From Phoronis australis (taxonomy: Eukaryota; Animalia; Phoronida), in NCBI GenBank assembly GCA_002633005.1, contig NMRA01000182.1:133077-197076 (forward strand): a stretch of DNA of 64,000 bases, in the 5' to 3' direction. The notes beneath the pieces were generated by a model. That model was not told the origin of the DNA. It saw nothing but the letters and a program-made list of their open reading frames with translations, and searched no databases. This document shows, piece by piece, positions 1 through 11,971 of the stretch; positions within the stretch are counted from its first letter, which is position 1, and the number at the start of each line of letters is the position of its first letter. The position numbers and the translations under genes are program-made.

Positions 1-43
1 GATCAGAGAACCACGGCTGTAGGCCATCATTCAACATACGGTA
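1..43 (-). CDS. MATCAP/KIAA0895-family tyrosine carboxypeptidase-like gene, internal exon (truncated by window start)
   Basis: CAG acceptor at 44-46 (minus strand). Reads YRMLNDGLQPWFSD, continuing HEIGTHF in phase 0; resembles the KIAA0895/MATCAP HEIGTHYxRxxNxxxQPW segment. Confidence 0.8.
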
Positions 44-1149
44 CTGCATGTCAGTTAAGGGACACATCTTAATTCTAGTTTCCAGAAGTGACCATATTGC
101 CTGATGGATAAAACTCAAAAGCACTGCATTTTACAACTTAGAAAAGAGTTAAGATTCAAGCACAAATGGAATATGCAGGTGCATACTTAACCGCTGGTAT
201 AGCCAGAAGTATTCAGCAGGGGGGATAAATGCAAAATTGTCGGTGGGTGTATATGAAATAAGTGGATACCTGGAGACACTTTCCAATGAACAAGGGGACA
301 AATGTAATGGGTTTTGGCCAGATGTGGACTTTTTGCAATGAACGGGGGGGGGCATGGCCCAATTGAGTCCCCCCCATTGGTCATACAGGTGTTGTTAACA
401 AAAAGTAGTCTCCATTTTGACAGAAAGTAGTTACCCTGACCAGATAAGCTGCATGAGCACAGCATAACAATATATATTATAGCTTTCACATGGTGGGCGC
501 AAAATAAATCTTGCACTGAAATTTATCAGTAGTGTGTGCAGCATACAACAAATATATTCATTTAGATAGTTTGGTCTGGCCACATGATTATTAGCTTACA
601 TTAAGTCTGTTGGTAATGATCGCTCCAAAAAGTAATCAAAGATTTATACTTAAACAGTAAATCAATACACTTATAGATAGATTCTATTGATAGCGGTAAT
701 GATTACTTCAACCATTCTATATACATTGTATAATAATAGTTTCACCAATCAAAAATTAATTCTGACATTGTGTGTTTGGAATAGGGTGTATTACAGTAAA
801 TGCGTTGAGTGCCTACATGTCCTTGTTAAAAATATTATATGTTAAAGAAAAAAAATCTTGAATAAGAGATTTGATGCATTGGACCATGACAATCTTGGAG
901 TACATGAGCCCTTCCCAAAGAGTCCAGGAAATCGAAGCCTTAAATAAGCCAATTTTTTTTTAACTTTCAACAAGTTTTGAAGTCTCTTCAACTACTGAAA
1001 GAGGGACAAAGATCTGAATGTGAATTTGTCAGGAGCATGTTCATACTGTTTTGAGCTACACCAGAAAATATGAAACTAANATTTACAAAAAACACAGTAA
1101 TTTAAACTTTCAGGATGTGGGGAGTTTTAGAAAAATATGTAAAGGATAC

Positions 1150-1300
1150 AAAATGTGTGCCAATTTCATGGTTGGCCAAGCAGTGAATTCCTTTGGTCCT
1201 CATATAGACATTGTCCTCATTGTTTCTAATGAACATTGTATACTTCCTTGCCTCTGGTCGATTGTACTTGATACTGGGACCTTGCCACATCATACGAGCA
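1150..1300 (-). CDS. MATCAP/KIAA0895-family gene, exon with catalytic HExxxH zinc motif
   Basis: Acceptor tttccag at 1301-1307, donor GTATCC at 1149. Encodes ARMMWQGPSIKYNRPEARKYTMFIRNNEDNVYMRTKGIHCLANHEIGTHF; the phase 2 join to the upstream exon is consistent (AG+T). Confidence 0.8.
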
Positions 1301-2136
1301 CTGGAAATGAAAAATCAGATTGCATTTTAAAAATCCAATGATATGTTGCAGGACAACAAAACAATTTCAATATTCATCAGAGAAGAAATTTAATTGTTTT
1401 TTTCCAATCCCAAAGGTGTCTCTGGTATAGTTAGTTTTGCAGAGGAGACCCTGCACATTCTACCTCATTGTGACTGATATGTGATGCGTATTGTACTCTT
1501 CAGATCCATTAAACAAGGCATGAAGTATGTTGACGCGATCCAACATTTGTGCAAAATAATAGAAAGAACAAGACATCATTTCTCACACAAAAAATTGGCT
1601 CACATCAACACTAATTAAAAAACATGGTTTTAAGCATGGGACAATACAGGATGTCTCAAAAAGTACACATTCCAGTGATATATAAACCCTGAACAAGCCG
1701 TGAAAGTTGCCATGCACAATGAAACCTAATACCTACGTTACTGGAGTGAGCATTGGCTTGCTTTTGAAACCAATGAAAACTTATCAGAAATGAAATGAAT
1801 TAAGCTAGACAAGAAAATTTACTAAAACAACTTATTTTCAGTCATGTTGTTGAAGGGACAATAAACCTTCATCTTCTATCAAAAGACAGCTGTCAGGGAA
1901 ATTGCAGGCAGTTTATAGTAAAAAATCTATTCAAACAATGGACAAGAACACGGGGACATTTGCATTGAAAAAATAAATGCCCCTTTGAATGATGATGCAA
2001 ACTGTCAATTATCTCGCTTTGAATTTCTCCCAAACAGAATTAAAAACATTCTTAGTAAAACTTACCACATAAAGGTTCATTGAAACAAAGGACAATGAAA
2101 TCTGAAATAAAAATTAATTAAACAAAGAATTGTTAC

Positions 2137-2546
2137 CTTGAAGAAAGATCTTTGGCAAATACTATCTTGAAAGCCCCTTCGACCCTGTTGAGCTGTAAAT
2201 ATTTGGTCAGCAAAGTGGTTGCAGTTGTTTCATCAATGGGTGATCCAAATGCAACATCCATGAAATAGTCATCGGTACCATATTTATCTCTAGTTATCTC
2301 CAATATCCTGACTGCCTCCTTGAAATAATGATGATGAATCTGTCCCTTTTGTTGCTTGACAACCTTTTCTACCTTTTCAGCAGAATTGAATTCAAATGAT
2401 GGCACTGCACCATGCTTGAAAAATTGTTCTTTTTGCTCGTTCAAGTTCGTTGGACATAACGAGTTTTTGTACTTTGGCGGTGTGACATCATAAAACTTGA
2501 AGATGTTTTCCTTTTCACCCTGTGTCTGTTTTAGTTCTTTGGTCAT
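2137..2546 (-). CDS. MATCAP/KIAA0895-family gene, probable first main coding exon
   Basis: ORF MTKELKQ...CPTNLNEQKEQFF...VFAKDLSS; PxNxxEqKeqFF resembles the family N-terminal motif. Donor AG|GTAACA at 2136; acceptor at 2578-2580. Confidence 0.7.
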
Positions 2547-3472
2547 TTTTGTGCGTCATAAGCTGATAACTGTTTCACTGAAAAAATGAGGAAATATATG
2601 AAACAGACATTGATTAGACAAGATTCATAAAGTCTAATGATGATCAAATATCAGGAAATCACTGTGCATTGAATACTAATCAAATTTAACACAGAAGTTC
2701 TTTCAGTCAGTCTTCCCCCTACTCCTCCAACNTCTGCCCGCCACTTACAAACTACATGTTGTCATTCGGGCAGCATATGTTCCCACCATGTTGCATAACA
2801 CCTAGCCTTGATAATAGTGATACAGCTAGCAGGCTGGCCAAATGTTAACCCATTCAGACTTTACTGAATTCTTCTGGAGCATAAGATCGCTGATACAGTG
2901 GTATACACAAGTCAAGTTGCCCCATTCTGTTGGTCTTCTAGGTACCGAGAGGTTCAGGTACAGCAACAAAGGAAATTTCATTAGAAACTTGGCTGAACTT
3001 TCGTGGCTTCATGTACTTTGTCAATAGATTTGAAACTTTTGATTGATGAAAAAAGCATACGAAATAATAAGTATGGAATCATTTGTGTGATAATAACAGG
3101 TTGGACAAAAATACCGTCAAAACTATAATTATCTCCCGACCTTTCCATTTTTTGTCTTAAATATGCAAATTATACTGGTCACCTGACCAAAAAAGCTGTG
3201 ACCACTGAAAACATGGCTGTAAAAAGGCAATTTTAAGATGTGCTGAGTAAATTGCACTTGCAATAGCTAGGATTGAATCTAACATAGTTGCAAGATGATC
3301 AAAACATCTAAGCAAGGATAAATTGACGCGGGACAAGTATATCTAGTAGTAACCAATAAGTCTCAACTTGTTGAGCTCACTGGTTTGCAGTAATATTTTC
3401 ACTCAAACATTATCACAACACCAGTTCCCAGAGCTCTCAGTTGGTAAAGTACACACGAGAGCTATCAGCCTA

Positions 3473-3510
3473 GCCTAGGAACCAGTAAGAGAGCTTACTG
3501 GTTCCTAGGC
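3473..3510. repeat. Perfect 17-bp inverted repeat with 4-nt loop (tiny palindromic MITE-like element)
   Basis: GCCTAGGAACCAGTAAG-agag-CTTACTGGTTCCTAGGC. Confidence 0.85.
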
Positions 3511-3671
3511 CTAGTGTAGCAAAATACCAAGGTCCTGAGCTATGTTCAGTGATGACTCAGCTACACTGCTGGTTGCAGAAAACCCGGGTAACTATGGATG
3601 TAAATTCGCCTTTTTTAGCAATGAAGGGCAAAGGAAAGCTATCCTGTCAAATCAGAGTTCGTAATACTTAC

Positions 3672-3761
3672 CCTGGAATCACCTATATTATCAAGATGCT
3701 TGGCAGAACTCTGCTGGGACAGACTTTTTGGCAACAACTTCTGTCCCATCACGTTCGCCAT
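3672..3761 (-). other. Candidate first exon of the MATCAP-like gene (30-codon ORF, possibly a uORF)
   Basis: AAGATGGCG start context; MANVMGQKLLPKSLSQQSSAKHLDNIGDSR ends at a perfect AGG|GTAAGT donor (3671); lies in a CpG-retaining region. Confidence 0.55.
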
Positions 3762-3794
3762 CTTGATAGTCGACGCTGAGGTTGTTAAGGGTAA

Positions 3795-3802
3795 TGACGT
3801 CA
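3795..3802. promoter_or_regulatory. CRE/ATF palindrome in the putative promoter of the MATCAP-like gene
   Basis: TGACGTCA about 35 bp upstream of the candidate first-exon ATG. Confidence 0.4.
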
Positions 3803-5840
3803 TCAGTTAAAGGGCATTGGGTAGTGCGCGCCATCTGGGGTCACCAAAGAAGCTCCTTCATGAACAATACACGCCGAAAGGAGTCGCCTCTGACTCCGAC
3901 GGATCCGCTGCCAAAGCCAAAGGAGGCACACTTACAGTTACTGCAGGGTTTTGACTGCTGACACACACCCAAGTGGAGACGAGTCCTTATCTCATGTCCT
4001 TATCGAGAGTCTGAAAAAACAAACTCAAAAGCACTACTCAAGATAACTTAAACTTAAATCTGCTACAGATTTTTAATCGGCTAATTCACATCTGGAAAAA
4101 CTAAAAAATACGGTCCAAAAAACACCAAATTTGATAGTTTTCTCCCCTAATTTACTACTTCCCTGCAAGTGCTAGAAAAAAAATCTGTCAACATATTCAG
4201 AATGCTCATTCTCTCAAGATTCTTAAAATGTGGTCAGAGTACGCCCCTTACCAGCTACTTTTTTTTCGCAATTTCGTTCTGTCTGACAGCCACCATCAGT
4301 TATCTTAGTCAGCAAGCGACAGCAACCATTTTGCATGGAAAGTGGGTCACGGCTAAAAAAACATGGTTTTCACATTCAAAAACACAAGTAAATCAGTTTC
4401 CTGGCAATTTTTTTCAACAAATTCCTCAAACTTGACACACGCCCTGTATTTAAATTCTAGGCCTGTGGCTACAGCCTAACTGCTTACTGCCACCAAAGCA
4501 CTTTGCATAGATGAACGACGATACTAACATCTGATCACAGGCGCACCCCAGTGGTTAAAGAAAAGGATGTCTGATGTGCCTGAACTCTGGATGTGGCCCC
4601 TGAGGAGCAGTTTCGAGGCGGCCAACAAATGAATTGAGCCATTTAGGTATCGGCTAAAATTTCCTGACTAGTGAAATAAACTTCAATCTTGCGACACCGA
4701 GCACTAAATCACTGACCCATGACAGAAGAACTACAACCTAGAATAGTCCTACCATAGACCAAAAAGGGCATTTTCTACATCATGATAATCATGACACTGT
4801 AAGAAGTCTGTTGAAACTCAAATGTTTCAAACGAATAAAAACAAAAACAGTTTACCGCACCTGTGAAGTTGATTTTTGAAAAGTACATAACGTGTTGGAA
4901 CCTTTCAGATTTTGGTCTTAAATATTGTTTATAATAACTCATACCAAAACCCCTCGTGCTTACATTGTTCGCAGACAAGTTAAAAATACATTTTTGGGGC
5001 TCTGATAAAATGAATTGGAACTCAAACCAGCTTTCTTAAAACGTGATTTCCTTTCAACGTGACGAGTCTTTTTTTTTTCAAAATAAAAAGTATGTGGTAT
5101 GCACATTTTTGTTATTCTAGGATACATTTGTGATTAATAAAATCCACAACAATTCTTTACTTTTCCAAACCCTGGAAACACAGCAAATGATACCAAACGC
5201 ATGTGGTACAAGCAAACATTTTATTGTATGCCTTTTCATGGTCAAAAAGTTTTATATCTTGGGCTAACCCGTTTTAACAGCCGTACTTATAGCCTATCTG
5301 ACAAAGACTTTTTACTCGGTTACCCATGGTAGATGCATAACTTGTACTCTGCCACGGGTACAAGAAATGAATTTCTCTCAGTTTGAGATTGGTTAATGTT
5401 GTTTGCAGCGTCCTCAAGTGCTCAACATAGCACAAAAAATGTGCTCTTTAAAACGTGGAAATTGTTTAAATAATGAATTAGAAATACTGTATTTATTCAT
5501 ACAAGGAGAAATTAGATTGTCAGATGAAAGTACTCAGGAAAAGTACGACTTACTGCCGACGGTGTTGTTACTTTCACATTTAATATTCTGTAGAGAATAA
5601 ATAAAGCACTGTTTGTTAGTTATGCTGTACATTATGAATTATTCTTAGTAATAAGCCCGTACGAAGGTAAACCTTATTGGAGGCACAGACATATCCAATT
5701 TCGTCAAAATCTNTAAAGCCGGAAGGCAGATACAGAGCGCCTTTCCTTTTGAGTTCCAGGACCTTTTTAAAATCCATATTTTCATTTTCAGTAAGAATTA
5801 CAAGCGTTTAAATGTCTAAAGGGCATCTAGGAGAGTCCTG

Positions 5841-6240
5841 GGCCCGGTCTCCAATCTTTTTACTCGAAATGGAACTCGAAATTAGGTTTGGCATTTTCTA
5901 CTTACTTTTGGGCGAACTCAAGATAAGTGTCTATTATTCTATGCTCGAGTACACAATAACTTACGTAGATAATTTATTGCCCTTAGTTCACAGTTTGTAA
6001 ACCCAATATTAAAGCAATAAGTTCGAGTTTGAACTCGAAATTTCGAGTTTTTACTCGAGTTTGTAGCACGAATATAAGGGTCTTCATGGGCAAACTTGAA
6101 CTAGAAACTCCTATGCATAAACTATAATGTATTCGAGCACAGTCTGATAACCAATTATCTTAAGTTCGCACAAAAGGAGCAGAGAAATTGCCAAAAATAG
6201 TTCCGAGTTCGTTTCGAGTACAAAGATTAGAGACCGGGCT
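5841..6240. mobile_element. PIF/Harbinger-like MITE (~400 bp)
   Basis: Imperfect TIRs of about 40 bp (GGCCCGGTCTCCAATCTTTTTACTCGAAA / TTTCGAGTACAAAGATTAGAGACCGGGCT), flanked by a CTG target-site duplication; internal ACTCGA/TCGAGT repeats. Confidence 0.75.
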
Positions 6241-7247
6241 CTGGGTATCCGCAACTGAGAAATTTTCATTATCATTTGAACGTGAATTCTGGCGCATTTC
6301 AGAGGTTGGCTGCTACGATTTCAGAAATAAATTTTGCGTTTGAAAATTCATATAGTTTTTGTTGATATTTTGACTACCTAGAAACATGTGAAACTTATGG
6401 GTAATCTGTTATATTGACATGTTACACGGCCATCACAAAATCTCACGACGTCCGACAGTCTAACCCACACAGCGAGTGTCCCATGAACAAAAACAAACAA
6501 AGCTTTTCTAAGAACCATCTTCACGAGAAACGCTATTATCATGATTCTTCGATCAAAAATAGCGATGATTATATCATCATGGCATCATCGAGTAAATTGT
6601 CATTTTCTGTTTCTTTCACAAATAGTGGTGACAATTTTACTACACTTCCGTTTCCGTTACGAATTTAAGCCCGTATCACAATCTTGGTTGTTTTGGAGCC
6701 GCGTGTCTTGATGCTGTAGTACTTAGCTTGAAGATGACAATTAGAAATTTTATCTACTTGTAGCGTGAATAGCTGACAAATCCTCTTTTTTAAATTGGGT
6801 ATTCCTCTCTTCGTTGTTGAAGTCAGTGTCTTCTGAAATGTTTTCCGTCATTTTTCCATTGGATGCGTCCATGCCCGGCTTTTTTCTTGTTTTGCCCGAA
6901 ATATTCACCATTTTTTAATCTGAAAGGGGGATATCTGCCCTCCCTCCCCAAAACGCCCATGGTTGCCCTATAAATCGCCTATGTGACCTGCGACGTGACA
7001 ATTTGCCCTGCAAATCAGCTGTTATTGAAGAGTTGTCGCAACCGCACGTTAGTTTCGTCCTTGACGCTGCCAATTATTGGGGGCACGAACCTCACCCTCC
7101 CCGACTACCGGCTTTCTGCGGCCCTGTATAAGCAGTAAGTAATCCGCAGACCGTGTACAGTCCATGGGATGTGGTTTGTATCAGTCTACGTTTTCACTAC
7201 GAGCTAACGCCCTGCGCACTTCATGTAAGCTTATGAATCGCGTATTG

Positions 7248-8729
7248 ACATTCCATGATGGCGGATACCAACGTGAAAAAATATTAGAGTGATAAGAGAA
7301 CCAAGCCGTGCCATTGATGGGAGGGACACCCTTCGTTACTAAGTTACCAATAATGAGACAGAGTAGTTCGGAGCCGTCTAGTTTCTGCTCCGAGACGCTT
7401 CTAGAGGAAATCTATTGCTTGGTGTTTAAATCAACCAATAGATGTCTCACAGTCGATCGTCTTACGTTGGTAGTAAATGATTCCCAAGTTGCTGGTTGTT
7501 CAAATTGCTCTGAATATTGAAGTAAAAGCGAAACATGGCACTTTCGTAAACCAATAGTAATGAGCATGGAATGATAACAACTTTTATTCATTTGCTTTTA
7601 CTTATTATTTTTTCTCACGTATCCTACATACAAACGAATTTGTGAAATAGTAAAACAATAAGGTTTGGGTGACAAATACATGTAGGATGAAACACATTCC
7701 TTCACATTCGATTGTTTTGTAAGTCATTTAAGTTGATAAATATTTTATCAACAACATTATAAAGGTAATTTTAAGCAGCCAAAAACAATAAATTTACTTT
7801 AGGTGATTTTAAACTGTAAAATTCAAACTATGAGAATAACACGAAGCTTCGTTTTTATATAACGTGGATCAAATATGAAGGAAAATTCTCACGTGCGCAG
7901 CAGTCATGCCATTGATAAAATGGATGTTGCAATTATGTGCTATCCAGCGTGTTTTCACTCTGAATGGCTGAGCTAATGACAAGACAGCGCGGAGAAACCC
8001 GCTGGCTAATTATACCTGTAGTGTTGTGCAGGTGTTATTTTTTCGTGCTCGTAACTTTCCATATGCTTTGTCCGTTCACTGACCGACAACCTAACTCTGC
8101 GTTAAAAAGTTAGAGTTTGGAAGTGTAATCCAGTTTCGGCATTAGATCATCTGATGGCTAGGCCAAATTAGAGGCGAGAAGTTTATAACGGAATGGAAAT
8201 TATAAGACGTATTGTAAGACGTAAATTGCTTTTGTTAGGGTGACAGATGAGCGGATTTGGTTGTTCGATTTTTGTGCAGGAAGAATAAAAGAAATTTGAG
8301 ACACTAATTTACCATAGAAGATAAAACGATGACCGCAGCTTTCAAAATATTTTGAGCGGTGGCTTATTAGGAAGATAAAACGACGGTCTATTTTACCTGT
8401 TTATACTTTATGTAATTGCCTTCAAGCGATTTGTACCGTGAACCATCTCCTGAGGTTTAGGTACCCAGTGACCCAGCAGGTAAACTGTTTGGAGGGATGT
8501 AACCTACAGACAAATGCGGGTTTGTTAGTGATGTAATACCTTTCAGAGATGCTCGGATTTTATGGCGGTCAGCGGTTAGAAATTACATTTGTACTTGGTT
8601 ACCCTGTTTAGATCATAGTCAAATTTGGATTCACTAATAAACGCTCACTTATGAACGGTCCGGGTCCTCATGGAGGCAGCCGGGGCAAAGGCAATTTTCC
8701 AATTATCCACCCGTGGCGTTTTAGGAATG
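7248..8729. promoter_or_regulatory. Candidate four-jointed enhancer with TEAD/Scalloped and Su(H)/CSL motifs
   Basis: CATTCC/GGAATG at about 7249, 7568, 7695, 8190 and 8724; TTCTCACG (=CGTGAGAA) at 7612 and 7886. Confidence 0.45.
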
Positions 8730-10384
8730 TTCGGGGAGAACCTTGAGCTCAATTAATGAGATTATAAATATTAAAATAAACACAGGCGTTTTAAACCCGT
8801 TTAATAAAATTCATGCAATGTGTATTTGAGCGTTATGAATGGCGTATGATGTGCAATTTATTCTATTCTTGAATGGTTTAGGCGAAGAGACTATTGATAA
8901 CCTCTTCCGTGATCGTGATTCTTATCTTTCTGACAACAAACTGAGAGGTTGGCTCCAGAGAAGAGAGAACTCCACATGGGGGAGGTTCTCAACGTGGGGT
9001 TATTGCCCTTCTACTAATAAAATTTGTAATACCAAAGAATAAAAAATGACGTGTTTGCAATGTAAAAGTTTCATTACAGATGGGTGTACATACTTTTAAT
9101 ATACAAACTCTTTGCGGTCGCGGAAGACGCGAATGAAAATGAAAAGGAAAGTCTTGTGCCGCCGTCCGTTTTTATGTGAAGTAGGAACGAGTGGACGGAG
9201 AACTCGTTATGAGGTTTTCACTGAGCATAAAGTTTCAATCAGTTTCATGCCTCTGTCGTCCCAACAAATAGCCGTAACAATTCGCACGCTGTTTCATTTT
9301 CAATAGAAACGTTGGCTGGTGGAATTTGCCATAAAACTGGACTACAATACCCGATGCGATTCCTCATCATGATAATGCGAGCCGATTTAAAGAGCCTGCG
9401 CAGTGGGGGTTTGGAGTTGGCATTAGCAAGACGCTAATGCACTTCTGCACGAAGTTGTGAGTAGATCCGTCATCGAGTTGGGCCATGTGTGACCTGGACT
9501 TGTAACTGGAGTTAGTGATTACAAACTGTTGAGTACTTTCACAACGGAAAACTGACTGAATTTCACCACCGATAAAATTTGATGTCCTCGTTTAGAGTAG
9601 ACCTATTGTTACTCGAATTATCAACTTGTCATTTATAAAGACACGATTTGTAGATCAATGTATTATGGATAGACTTCCCAGAGGTAGTCCGTGGATGTGA
9701 ATCTTGTGCGTTTTACCATTTGTTAGAAGACGTAAAACAGGACCCAGTCACAGAGCGACATTATAATCAGCGTTGTCGCAGGTGAATCAGGCTAGTGTTC
9801 GAAGCGCGTTGGGCTTACTGAGAAAATTGCCTATCTCTGGAAGACGTGTCTCTAATTTTAGCCGTTTGTTAGTTGTCCCCGGTTACTGGCGTAGCCTGTG
9901 CTGCTGATAAATAAAGGATTTAAATTGGACCATCTCTCCGTGGTGGTGGTGATGGTGAGTAAAAGACAAAGGTTGTTGTGTGGTTACTCGGTGAGAAGGT
10001 AATTGTGGATAAATCGTGTTGGACGCTGGCACTGAGCGCAGAAGTGTACATTATAGCGAGTGTTGCATTCGTAGATTTTACTTGCGGGCGCATTTACCTG
10101 TGTTGCTCACCTGCGGTTGGTTTACTGACAGTGTGAGATACAAGAGGAAAGTTGGTGTAACCGTGCACGACTGTGTGTGGTGGTTATTGTTGAACGCAGA
10201 CGATCAATTTTAATTTGACAAGGCATGCACCGTGGTTAGTGTCACAGATGACGTAAAGTGTTGTAAATTTACCATGCCATGAACAAAACCCTACTTGAAC
10301 AATAATCAGCTTTGTTGAAAATGAAGACTGTTATCTCGGAGACGGATCGGTGAAGAAAATCGAAATTTAGTCATTAGGAAGACG

Positions 10385-11971
10385 ATGTTGAGGTACAGTA
10401 CTGTTCTGACAATGGGTGTTGCTTTCACCTTAGGAATGGTACTTGGGCTGATGATTCATCTCCCGGGGACACTACATCGGGAGGTGCGAGGGGGTGGTAG
10501 GCATCTAAATGTATACAAACGGAGCGTGGATGCTGAAAGGTTCGCTGTTGTTAATCCAAACACTGTGGATTCGTCAGAGAGTATTGTAAGGTCCGGCGAT
10601 ATAGAGTCCGACTCCGTGTTTATTCACCATATTAGCAGTGATTCAGTCGAGAGAAAGATAAACAACACGAACAATACAAAACACAGAGGAAAAACGAATG
10701 GTAAACAACCGCTAGAGACGTCTAAACAGATTTGGAGGATTAAACAAGCGCAATTCGCTACTTTAGCTGCAGATGACAACGTGTACCGTGTTAAGCAGAG
10801 TGGAGTGACAAATGTTGTACTGGAGAACTCCGAGAGCATTTCAGGACGTCAGGATGGAGAAAATCTTGCTGTCCAGAAGATTCTGAATTCGCAATCTCAA
10901 CAAAATGGTTTGTCTGGACAACAATTAGGGGAAGCGTCGGAAGAGAAGCGGAAAGATGGTCGCGCTAGTAATCCTGAAAAGAGTGAAAACATAAACACGG
11001 AAAGCAAGATGGCGGACGTATCAGTTCGTCTCTCGGATATGGGTGATGTTGTTCGCGGTGTGTATTGGAGCCCTGTGATTGAATCTCGCTTGCCCAATTT
11101 AGCTGATAGAATCTCTGATGAATGGACTGAGATGGCAAGAAATTCTAGAATTGTTAAAATGGAAGAGGGATGCGGAAGAATGCAAAACAGATTGGTGACA
11201 TTCCAGGATTCGTCCAAAGCTTGTGCGAGATACCGAGTTAATACGGATCAAATCCAGGGAGATTTTTTCTCATTTTTACTTAGCTTATTGTTGGGCTTAG
11301 ATAATGTGCCAAAGTCAGTGCTAAGCCAGGCAAATATCAAAGGATATCAATGGAAAACAGTGAGTCCAGATATCATAGGAGCTCAGTGGAACGATGAAAA
11401 GCTACTCGTTTTATCACAGTTTGTGCCAGAGCTAACGTCGGTTTACATTCCTAAAGAATTCCGAGACAAACAATCGTCACTATTTCCTAGTAAAAATCTG
11501 ACAACAAGAACATTCAGTGAGTTACATGAACTCATGCAGTGGTCCGATTTAATTCTGTTTGATTATTTAACAGGGAATTTAGACAGGGTCGTTAACAATA
11601 TGTTCAACCAGCAATGGAATAAACGCATGATGGAAGGCCCTGTGCACAACTTAGAAAAATCCCGAGGAAATCTCGTGTTCCTAGACAATGAATCTGGTTT
11701 GTTTCACAGCTACAGACTTCTAGACAGCTATCAGCATTTTCACCAAAAGTTGTTGAATTCCCTGTGTATATTTAGACGAAAAACCGTAGACGCCATACGC
11801 AGGCTACGCGAGGATAAAAATCTAGGAGAAACCATTCAAAATTTATTACACAGACGCGAACCAGCTCTGGCGAAATATCTACCGAAGATTCCTCAACGAA
11901 ATGTGAAAATTTTACAAGAAAGAATGCAGCATATTCTAGACCACGTGTCGCTGTGCGAGGCTAAGTACTGA
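10385..11971 (+). CDS. fj: Four-jointed extracellular/Golgi serine-threonine kinase (FJX1 ortholog), intronless, 528 aa
   Basis: N-terminal type II TM segment, dibasic YKR cleavage-like site, and low-complexity stem. Conserved GCGRMQNRLVTFQD..ACARYRVNTDQIQG, QWSDLILFDYLTGNLDRVVNNMFNQQWN, and catalytic LVFLDNESG (DNE) motifs. Confidence 0.95.
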   Translation: MLRYSTVLTMGVAFTLGMVLGLMIHLPGTLHREVRGGGRHLNVYKRSVDAERFAVVNPNTVDSSESIVRSGDIESDSVFIHHISSDSVERKINNTNNTKHRGKTNGKQPLETSKQIWRIKQAQFATLAADDNVYRVKQSGVTNVVLENSESISGRQDGENLAVQKILNSQSQQNGLSGQQLGEASEEKRKDGRASNPEKSENINTESKMADVSVRLSDMGDVVRGVYWSPVIESRLPNLADRISDEWTEMARNSRIVKMEEGCGRMQNRLVTFQDSSKACARYRVNTDQIQGDFFSFLLSLLLGLDNVPKSVLSQANIKGYQWKTVSPDIIGAQWNDEKLLVLSQFVPELTSVYIPKEFRDKQSSLFPSKNLTTRTFSELHELMQWSDLILFDYLTGNLDRVVNNMFNQQWNKRMMEGPVHNLEKSRGNLVFLDNESGLFHSYRLLDSYQHFHQKLLNSLCIFRRKTVDAIRRLREDKNLGETIQNLLHRREPALAKYLPKIPQRNVKILQERMQHILDHVSLCEAKY

